The notes beneath the pieces are model-generated. The model saw nothing but the letters and a program-made list of their open reading frames with translations. It was not told where the DNA came from and did not search any database. A DNA stretch of 61,396 nt, taken from contig CALVQE010000003.1 of assembly GCA_944355355.1 (NCBI GenBank), positions 1 through 61,396 on the forward strand, written 5' to 3'. This document shows, piece after piece, positions 26,094 to 33,773 of the stretch. The position numbers were made by a program, and so were the translations under genes. Position 1 is the stretch's first letter, and each line of letters begins with the position of its first letter. Source of the DNA: an uncultured Bacilli bacterium. GTDB taxonomy: Bacteria; Bacillota_I; Bacilli_A; RF39; UBA660.

Positions 26094-26229
26094 AATTTAT
26101 TTCCTTTCTCTCATCTATTTTGTTTTTTGTTTTCCAATTATTTATTATTTCTAAATAATAATTGTTTGAATAATCTAAGTATTCTTTAAATAAGTTATAC
26201 TTTCTTAAAGTATTATAAAACTTATCCAT
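26077..26229 (-). CDS. 50-aa ORF (below the track cutoff) bridging the 244-aa and 338-aa genes; probable displaced C-terminus of the upstream gene
   Basis: Hand translation gives MDKFYNTLRKYNLFKEYLDYSNNYYLEIINNWKTKNKIDERKEINYENII. Its ATG overlaps the upstream stop (tATGGATAAg), and its end overlaps the ATG of the 338-aa gene by 17 nt. Confidence 0.5.
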   Translation of the reverse strand: MDKFYNTLRKYNLFKEYLDYSNNYYLEIINNWKTKNKIDERKEINYENII

Positions 26230-26956
26230 AATTATGGTTTCTAAGGGTATAAAATAAAAATTTTCTTATTTCTTTATCTGTTACGTTGTTCTTTATATAG
26301 GAAGCCATAATTTTTTTGTGATTAAGATAACGATATTCAGGAAGCATGTAAATATTTAGGTCTTCATAATCAGGTATTTTTACTGCATTTTTTTCTTCAA
26401 GTGTTAATTTATGATAATTATCCGGAATATATTTTCTTAGATGGTCAAACGGATTTACGATACTGTTTATATCTGCCTTGTAAAAGAATGTCATTCGATC
26501 ATTCGTGATTCTTAAAATGTCGATTAAAGAAGTGCTTTCATATTCATCTTTCATTAGTTCTGCATTTATTTTTGCTATCATATTTTCATCGAGATGTTCT
26601 TCTTTTCCGGAATTGTTTTTCGGGGGAATGTTTTTACTCTCTATATATTTTATAATAATTTCTGGTATGTTATGGTTACCATATTTTAAAGTAAGTTCCT
26701 TCATAGAACTCCAAGCTAAGTCTTTTAGCACTACTGACATAGTTGATTTGCATTCTTCCTTATCATATATTTTATTTGCACTATCAAAAGTTTTATTCTC
26801 ATAAGAAATGTTATAACATTCACCGTAAAACAATTTGAACGTTGCTAAAGTAATATAGGCTAAATCTGCTAGGGTATCCGTATCTTTCATTTCTATTTTT
26901 TTCTTGTTTTTTCTACCTTTCTTTTTTGTGATTTCAAATATAAATTTTTTTGCCAT
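26222..26956 (-). CDS. Hypothetical protein, C-terminal part UPF0158-like (possibly frameshift-truncated)
   Basis: The tail LPEYRYLNHKKIMASYIKNNVTDKEIRKFLFYTLRNHNYG resembles the UPF0158 pattern as recalled. The continuation lies in the +1 frame. Confidence 0.5.
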   Translation of the reverse strand: MAKKFIFEITKKKGRKNKKKIEMKDTDTLADLAYITLATFKLFYGECYNISYENKTFDSANKIYDKEECKSTMSVVLKDLAWSSMKELTLKYGNHNIPEIIIKYIESKNIPPKNNSGKEEHLDENMIAKINAELMKDEYESTSLIDILRITNDRMTFFYKADINSIVNPFDHLRKYIPDNYHKLTLEEKNAVKIPDYEDLNIYMLPEYRYLNHKKIMASYIKNNVTDKEIRKFLFYTLRNHNYG

Positions 26957-26980
26957 TTTACCTCCTTTATGTAATACATT

Positions 26981-26997
26981 AGCAAATATTATTTGCT
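26981..26997. promoter_or_regulatory. Perfect palindrome AGCAAAT-att-ATTTGCT, 25-41 nt upstream of the island operon start codon
   Basis: Read directly. The half-site-containing 13-mer aatattatttgct recurs at 27118-27130. Confidence 0.35.
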
Positions 26998-27306
26998 ATT
27001 TTCTCTGTGTAATTTTGTACATTTTTTATATTTAATGCCTAATAATTAATGTTTTTGGGCTTCTTATTTTATCAGGATTTAAATCTTGATAAAAATATTC
27101 AGTTAATTTGTAACTGTAATATTATTTGCTTTTTAATTAAATTTAGACGTATTTCATTTTACTCCATTCAATACATATCATATCATAATTGCCAGCTGAA
27201 CAGAACATTAATGAATATATAGGGAATAAATTTTTTTAATGAGCTTAAATTGTTGAAAAAATATTTATTTTTAAGGTATAATAAGTCTTAAGAAGGAGCT
27301 TGTTTT

Positions 27307-28380
27307 ATGAAATTAGAAGTATCGCTTTTCAATGTTTTGTTAATGATTTTGACGACTTTTGTAGTCAGTTTGATTTTAGTTCCTATTTTTAAGAAAATTG
27401 CACTTCATATTGGAGCTATCGATTATCCAAATCAAAGAAGGTTGAATAAGGTACCTATGCCGACTATAGGTGGTTTAGCTATTTTCTTTTCTTTTTTGTT
27501 TGGATATATGTTTTTTGGTAGAGGTACAGTTGAGATGATTTCTATTTTGATTGCTTCCTTTATTATTTTGTTTGTTGGTCTGGTGGATGATATTAAACCA
27601 ATTAGTGCAAAGTATCAACTTATTGGACAGCTTATTGCTGTTATGGTTATTGTTTTATATGGAAAAATTACAATTGATCGTTTGACTATTTTAGGGGCAA
27701 CGCTTACTTTCCCTGAGCCTTTAAATTATTTGGTGACTATTGTTTTCATGTTAGGGATTATTAATGCTATTGATTTATCGGATGGTATGGATGGTCTTTG
27801 TGGCGGCATTAGTGTCATTTATTTTATTACAGTTCTTATTATTGCTATTTTACTGGGTATGGCTGGAAATATTGATACGACAATTTCTATTTTAATGATT
27901 GGATCAACGCTTGGCTTTTTAGTGTATAATTTTCCACCAGCTAAGTTGTATTTAGGGGATTCTGGTAGTAATTTTGTTGGACTTATGATTGCAACGACAG
28001 CTTTGTATGGTTTTAAGTTAGCTACATTTACTTCTCTTTTAATTCCACTTGCTATTTTGGCAACGCCGATTATTGATGTATTGTTTGCTATTATTAGGCG
28101 GGGTCTTAAGAAAAAAAATCCATTTACAAATCCAGATAAGGAACATTTACATCATCAGCTTTTAAAAATGAAATTTTCTACTCGAACTTCACTTATGGTT
28201 ATTTATGTGATTAATCTTTTGTTTTCTGGAGTTTCTATTTTGTATGCTTTGGGAGACTTGAATTTGGCGCTTGCTTTGTATATTGCACTTATGGTCGTGT
28301 TCTTATTTATTGTTTTAAAAACTGATATTTTGTTTCCGAAGCGGGGGATGAAAGATGAAAAAAAATTACGCAAGAATTAG
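27307..28380 (+). CDS. WecA/TagO-type (MraY-family, GT4) undecaprenyl-phosphate sugar-1-phosphate transferase
   Basis: Polytopic. Motifs GGLAIFFSF, VGLVDDIKPISA, NAIDLSDGMDGL and GDSGSNFVG. Confidence 0.85.
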   Translation: MKLEVSLFNVLLMILTTFVVSLILVPIFKKIALHIGAIDYPNQRRLNKVPMPTIGGLAIFFSFLFGYMFFGRGTVEMISILIASFIILFVGLVDDIKPISAKYQLIGQLIAVMVIVLYGKITIDRLTILGATLTFPEPLNYLVTIVFMLGIINAIDLSDGMDGLCGGISVIYFITVLIIAILLGMAGNIDTTISILMIGSTLGFLVYNFPPAKLYLGDSGSNFVGLMIATTALYGFKLATFTSLLIPLAILATPIIDVLFAIIRRGLKKKNPFTNPDKEHLHHQLLKMKFSTRTSLMVIYVINLLFSGVSILYALGDLNLALALYIALMVVFLFIVLKTDILFPKRGMKDEKKLRKN

Positions 28381-30898
28381 AGAAATTGTTCGATATTTAA
28401 TTGTCGGTGTTTTAACAACTGTGGTTAGTTTAGGAATTTATTATTTGCTTGTATACACCATTTTAGATCCTTCTAATCCGATAAGTTTACAGATAGCTAA
28501 TGTTATTAGTTGGATAGGGGCAGTTTTATTTGCTTATGTGACGAATCGGAAGTTTGTTTTTCAAAGTAAAAATGAACATGTAAAAAAAGAAGCTTTGTCT
28601 TTTTTTGGATCACGAGTTGTAACGTTACTTATGGATATGGCCATTATGTTTGTTGGCGTTTCTGTTTTACGTTATAGTGATAAGTGGATGAAGCTTGTAA
28701 GTCAAGTTGTTATTACGGTTTTAAATTATGTGTTTAGTAAGTTGTTTGTTTTTCGAAAAAAGGAAAAAAAGGTTCGTGTAAAGAAACAGTTTTCGATTGT
28801 TTATTTTCTTTATCTTCTGCCTTTTTTAGATTTTGCAATATATTCTTTTCAAGATGTTAAAGTGGTTTGGTTTATTTCTCTATTTTTTAAAGCAGGGTTG
28901 TTCCTTTATTTTGCTTGCCGGGTTTATTTGACACCTAAGTATCGGTTTAGTTTATCTTTTCTTTTAGGATATTGTGTGGTAGAGCTCTTGTATGTTTATT
29001 GCCAAGGGTATGATGTTGTTCCGATGTTATATTTCTTGCTTCAAGTGTTTTTATTTCCAGTGGCTTTTTTCTATTTTAAAAAGTATGATGATCCTAAAAT
29101 AGGTGAGGACTTTTTATTCCATCTTTTTGTCATTTATTTTCTAATGTTTTTTTTACCTCTTTGTTTTCCAACTACTTTTTCTATTTTGGCTAATTTTGTT
29201 TTGGTTATTATTGTGGGACTCATCCCTTTTGTTGTGTTAAAGTTAATTGAACACAAGAATTATCTTACAAAAACTATTGGCTTTCTTTTGATTTTAGGGG
29301 CAATTCTTTGCTGGCAGTCAAAGATTTTGGCTGTAGCTTATATTGTTTCATTACTCATTTATACGATTTATAAGCGAAGTAAGAACTTATGGATATGGTG
29401 TTTTGTTCTTCTTTCTTTAGGGGTAAGTTTGATTGGCGTTTTACCAAATACTTCTTTTTCTCAAGAAAATATGTATGAGAAATATTTTTTAGATGATCGT
29501 TTGGATCTTCTACATGATAAGCAAGAAGAGTTTGTATCTTCTAATATTGAGGAACAGTGGTTTGGATTATATGGTTTGTCTAATACTTTGGTAGGAATTG
29601 ATTTTGCAGATATTTTTTATAGTTTAGGTTATGTTGGTTTTGTATTTACGATGCTTATTTTGGGAATGGTATTGTATGCCTATCGTGTTAAGCTTTATGG
29701 TTTGCTTGGACTTTTGTTTTTGATTATTATGTCTTTTGTTTCTGGTGGAGTTTTTATCAATGGCTCTTTAGGTATTATTTTGGCTAGTATGGTTAATGTT
29801 TCTAGAAAAGAAAAGAAGAAGCGAATTTTGATTATTTCAAATATGTACCCTTCAAAGCGTTTTAAGCATTATGGAGCTTTTGTTAAAAATTGTAAGGTTT
29901 TATTAGAAGAATCAGGCTATCGGGTAGATTTGGCGGTTAAGAAGAAAAATGTTTCTTTTGTTATGAAGTTTTTGGGATATAGTTTTATGTATATCCAAGC
30001 TTTGTTTAAGTCAGTTTTCTATTCCTATGATTATTATTATGTTCATTTTGTGTCTCAGTCTACGTATGCAGCTTTGCTAGGTAAATTTACTGGTAAGACG
30101 AAGCTTGTTTGTAATGTTCATGGTAATGATATTGTGCCGGATTATGAGTTTGAAGAAAAAAATGTACGACGTAGCAAGTTTGTTTTAAGATTTGCTGATG
30201 TAGTTGTTTGTCCTTCAGAATATTTTTGTGATGTTTTGCAGAGTGAGTATCATATTCAGGCTGATAAGCTATGTATTTTTCCATCTGGCGGTGTAAATTT
30301 AGAAGTGATGAAACCTATGGATAAAGATGCTTGTTGTAGGGATTTAGGCCTAGATTCTTCTTGCACTTATTATGGAATGGTTAGTCGTCTTGAAAAGGAT
30401 AAAGGGTTCGATGTTTTCTTAAATGCAATGCATGAGTTAGATAAACAAAAAAGACTTAAAAACGTTAAAGTTTTGGTTATTGGAACAGGTGATTTACAGA
30501 GTGAATTTGATTCTTTAATTTGTAAATATCATTTAGAAGATAAAGTTATTCAGAAAGATTTTGTTTTACAAAATGATTTGGTTAAATATTATAATGTTAT
30601 GGATTTGTTTGTTTTTCCAACGAAGCGAAAAAGTGAATCTTTGGGGCTAGTTGGGTTGGAAGCAATGGCCTGCAAAACGTTTGTGATTGGTAATAATTTG
30701 TATGGCCCAAGAGTATATTTGAAGAATAAGGAAAATGCTTTGACTTATAGGCAGGATGCAGAGTTAGCAAAAGAAATAAAGGTTTATCAAGACATGTCTT
30801 TGAAAGAAAAAGAAAAAATCATCCAAGCTGGATATGAAACGGCTTGTCAGTATGATAGCAAAGTTCTTAAAGAGAAGTTGGCGACTATTTTTGAATAA
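28355..30898 (+). CDS. Tri-domain fusion: GtrA-like + Wzy/O-antigen-ligase-like membrane domain + GT1/GT4-type glycosyltransferase
   Basis: aa 1-135 are GtrA-like (RYLIVGVLTTVVSLGIYY..NRKFVF). The central 12-TM region carries IDFADIFYSLGYVGFVF. The C-terminus is GT-B-like (ILIISNMYP.., GLVGLEAMACKTFVI). Confidence 0.7.
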   Translation: MKKNYARIREIVRYLIVGVLTTVVSLGIYYLLVYTILDPSNPISLQIANVISWIGAVLFAYVTNRKFVFQSKNEHVKKEALSFFGSRVVTLLMDMAIMFVGVSVLRYSDKWMKLVSQVVITVLNYVFSKLFVFRKKEKKVRVKKQFSIVYFLYLLPFLDFAIYSFQDVKVVWFISLFFKAGLFLYFACRVYLTPKYRFSLSFLLGYCVVELLYVYCQGYDVVPMLYFLLQVFLFPVAFFYFKKYDDPKIGEDFLFHLFVIYFLMFFLPLCFPTTFSILANFVLVIIVGLIPFVVLKLIEHKNYLTKTIGFLLILGAILCWQSKILAVAYIVSLLIYTIYKRSKNLWIWCFVLLSLGVSLIGVLPNTSFSQENMYEKYFLDDRLDLLHDKQEEFVSSNIEEQWFGLYGLSNTLVGIDFADIFYSLGYVGFVFTMLILGMVLYAYRVKLYGLLGLLFLIIMSFVSGGVFINGSLGIILASMVNVSRKEKKKRILIISNMYPSKRFKHYGAFVKNCKVLLEESGYRVDLAVKKKNVSFVMKFLGYSFMYIQALFKSVFYSYDYYYVHFVSQSTYAALLGKFTGKTKLVCNVHGNDIVPDYEFEEKNVRRSKFVLRFADVVVCPSEYFCDVLQSEYHIQADKLCIFPSGGVNLEVMKPMDKDACCRDLGLDSSCTYYGMVSRLEKDKGFDVFLNAMHELDKQKRLKNVKVLVIGTGDLQSEFDSLICKYHLEDKVIQKDFVLQNDLVKYYNVMDLFVFPTKRKSESLGLVGLEAMACKTFVIGNNLYGPRVYLKNKENALTYRQDAELAKEIKVYQDMSLKEKEKIIQAGYETACQYDSKVLKEKLATIFE

Positions 30899-30903
30899 CT
30901 ATT

Positions 30904-30929
30904 GAGAGAAAGAAGTTCTCTCTCTTTTT
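30904..30929 (+). terminator. Intrinsic terminator
   Basis: Stem GAGAGAA/TTCTCTC followed by a T-rich run. Confidence 0.6.
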
Positions 30930-30961
30930 AAAAGTTTTTCCAGTGAAATGGAAAAACTTTT
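30930..30961. repeat. 13-bp perfect inverted repeat AAAAGTTTTTCCA-gtgaaa-TGGAAAAACTTTT, with a third related copy at 30979-31000
   Basis: Read directly. ctgtttcattggaaaaactttt is the near reverse complement of aaaagtttttccagtgaaa. Confidence 0.8.
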
Positions 30962-31150
30962 AAAAAATAATTTTTTTTCTGTTTCATTGGAAAAACTTTT
31001 TTGCTTTTTTTAAGAATGTATGATATATCTTGATATTGTGGAAAAATTTGGGGTTATGGACGTTTCTTATTTGAGTTGAATATTTTAGTATGTGTTAGAA
31101 ACTGAATCATGAGAGTTTTTCATAACTAATGTATTAGAATAATTGAATAA

Positions 31151-31453
31151 AAATAATCACAAAATTGCAATGTTGTATATGACGAATTGATTTGTTTAGG
31201 CTATGATGTTTATGTTGGCAAGACGATTAAAGGAGAAGTGGATTTTCTTGCTTCTAAGAATGGTGAAATAAAATATATCCAGGTTTGTTATGATTTATCT
31301 CATGAAGAAACCCGAAAAAGAGAATTTGGGGCATATGATACGATTAAAGATCAATATCCTAAGTATGTTATATCTATGAACTCGGAAGATTATTCGATAA
31401 ACGGCATTAAACATTTAAATATTTTTGATTTTTTGATGAATGATGAGTTTTAG
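31151..31453 (+). pseudogene. C-terminal stub of an AAA_14/DUF4143 ATPase gene
   Basis: VVYDELICLGYDVYVGKTIKGEVDFLASKNGEIKYIQVCYDL..TRKREFGAY matches the DUF4143 C-terminal (restriction-endonuclease-like) module. The frame opens after TAA 31148, and there is no ATPase part. Confidence 0.7.
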
Positions 31454-31550
31454 TGCAAGAGAAAGTGAATTTCTCTTTTTTCTTTAAAAAGTTAACGACT
31501 GATGATATAATTTTTTTAGTTCGATCCTTATTGGAACAGAAAGGATGCTT

Positions 31551-32396
31551 ATGAAAACTGGAATTGTAATATTAAATTATAATGATTATGAGAATACGAT
31601 TAAGATGTTAGAACAGATTATGGATTATAAGTGTTTATCTAAGATTGTCGTTGTGGATAATTGTAGTACGGATGAGTCTTTGGAAAAGATTCGCTTGTTT
31701 GAGAGTAAAAAGATTATTGTTTTAGAAAGTTCTCAAAATAAGGGGTATGCTTATGGGAATAATTTGGGTCTTAAGTATTTAGAGAAAGAAACAAATTGTG
31801 AGCTTGCGATTATTTCTAATCCTGATGTAGTAGTTTCGGAAAGTGTTATTGAGGCGTTGATTCAAGATATGAAAAAAGATGAAACGATTTCTTTTTTAGG
31901 ACCTAAAGTACTTGAGTATGGACATATTTCTAAGGGCTGGAAGTTGCCTAATTTTGCTTCGGAATTAGTTTCAACTATGAATTATTTTAATCGTTTTAGT
32001 TTTAAGTTGCAAAGATATAAGGATAGTTACTATCAAGAAAAGTTGTGTGATGTTGAAGTTATTCATGGATGCTTTTTTATGGCTAGACTTAAGGATTTTA
32101 AGAAGATTAAATATTTTGATCCCCATACTTTTTTGTATTATGAAGAGAACATTTTGGGATATAAGGCACGAGCTAAGGCTATGCGAGTAGTGGTAGATAC
32201 TTCTTTGAGTGTACAACATATGGGAAGTTTGACGGTGGATAAGAGTTTGAAAAAGATTAAGAAGTATAAGGCTCTTAAAAAAAGTATGTTTTATTATGAG
32301 AAGGAATATAGGCATTTGAATATTTTGGGAATGGCTTTACTCAAATTATTTTATTTTATTAGTTTAGGTATTTTGTATTTGACTTTTTGGATATAG
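31551..32396 (+). CDS. GT2 glycosyltransferase (RgpB-like rhamnosyltransferase class)
   Basis: GIVILNYNDYENT, VVDNCSTDES, NKGYAYGNN. Confidence 0.75.
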   Translation: MKTGIVILNYNDYENTIKMLEQIMDYKCLSKIVVVDNCSTDESLEKIRLFESKKIIVLESSQNKGYAYGNNLGLKYLEKETNCELAIISNPDVVVSESVIEALIQDMKKDETISFLGPKVLEYGHISKGWKLPNFASELVSTMNYFNRFSFKLQRYKDSYYQEKLCDVEVIHGCFFMARLKDFKKIKYFDPHTFLYYEENILGYKARAKAMRVVVDTSLSVQHMGSLTVDKSLKKIKKYKALKKSMFYYEKEYRHLNILGMALLKLFYFISLGILYLTFWI

Positions 32397-32405
32397 GAGG
32401 CTAGG

Positions 32406-33584
32406 ATGAAAAATATTATTATTATTGGCTCTCGTGGTTATAAGTTTAATTATGGAGGCTGGGAAACTTTTGTAACTAATTTGGTTTTGAATACTAAGGA
32501 TAAAGATGTTCAATATTATATTCCTAATTTGACACATGAGAAGAGTGAGGATAGAAAAATCAAGAAAATCGATGGAGTGATTAGTCCTAGTCTTTATGTT
32601 CCTAAGCAAGGATTTGTTACAATGTTTACTTTTACCATTAAGGCCATTCGTTATTTTTTAAAGTATATTCGGGAAAAGAATCTTGAAAATACGGTGATGA
32701 TTGTTTTGGGGTGTAAGGTTGGTCCTTTGTTTCCTTTTTGGAAGAGAAAACTTAAGAAGTATCATGTTCCTTTGGTTATTAATCCAGATGGGCTTGAATG
32801 GAAAAGAGATAAGTGGTCTTGGTGGATTAAGAAGTGTTTTAAGATTAGTGAACGTTTTAGTGTAAAGTATAGTGATTATGTTGTGTGTGATTCTAAAGCT
32901 ATACAAGACTATATTGATGTGGAATATGGGAAGTATCATGTTCCTTCAGGTTTTATTGCTTATGGAGCTTATGAGAATCAAAAGCCAAAGAAAAATGAAA
33001 CTGTTAAGAAATTATGGAAAGAGTACGATATTAAAGATAATGATTATTATTTAATTGTGGGACGTTTTGTTCCAGAAAATAATTATGAAACGATGATTAA
33101 TGAGTTTATGAAAACCGATATAAAGAAAGACCTAGTTATTATTTGTAATTTAGAAAAAAATAAATTTTATGAATATTTGCAGGAAGAAACTGGTTTTGAG
33201 AAAGATAAAAGGATTAAGTTTATTGGTTCTGTGTATGATCCTGAGGCTTTGCTTTATTTTAGGCAACATGCTTATGCTTATTTACATGGTCATTCTGCTG
33301 GTGGTACAAATCCTTCTTTGTTAGAAGCTTTGGCTAATACTTCTGTGAATATTTTGTTTGATGTTTCTTATAATCGAGAAGTTGGCGAGGATTGTTGCTT
33401 TTATTTTTCTAAGGAAAATGGTCAACTTAAAAAGGTTTTAGAGGATGTTGATGTTTTAGGCCAGAAGGAAGTTCAAGAGTTAGGGAAAAAAGCTAAAGTG
33501 AGAATTCATGAGGCTTATACTTGGACAATTGTTGTTGATAAATATATGGAAGTTGTTAATAAGTTGTTAAACAGTCAAAAGTAG
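32406..33584 (+). CDS. DUF1972-containing GT4 glycosyltransferase (RgpA/GacB/WchF-like rhamnosyltransferase)
   Basis: The N-terminus IIIGSRGYKFNYGGWETFVTNL is the DUF1972 signature. Confidence 0.8.
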   Translation: MKNIIIIGSRGYKFNYGGWETFVTNLVLNTKDKDVQYYIPNLTHEKSEDRKIKKIDGVISPSLYVPKQGFVTMFTFTIKAIRYFLKYIREKNLENTVMIVLGCKVGPLFPFWKRKLKKYHVPLVINPDGLEWKRDKWSWWIKKCFKISERFSVKYSDYVVCDSKAIQDYIDVEYGKYHVPSGFIAYGAYENQKPKKNETVKKLWKEYDIKDNDYYLIVGRFVPENNYETMINEFMKTDIKKDLVIICNLEKNKFYEYLQEETGFEKDKRIKFIGSVYDPEALLYFRQHAYAYLHGHSAGGTNPSLLEALANTSVNILFDVSYNREVGEDCCFYFSKENGQLKKVLEDVDVLGQKEVQELGKKAKVRIHEAYTWTIVVDKYMEVVNKLLNSQK

Positions 33585-33773
33585 ACTGTTTTTTGTGTTT
33601 GGTGATGTGATTAGATATGAATTGTTAATCATTTGAAAAAATGTTGTACTTTTATTATAGTTGTGGTATGCTTTAGGTGACTTTTTTATTTAAATAAGAC
33701 AATTTATATTTTTTGACAGGAAGAAACTCGAGAGATCGGGCTTTTTTGCGTTTCTTAAAAAAGGAGGTTAACA

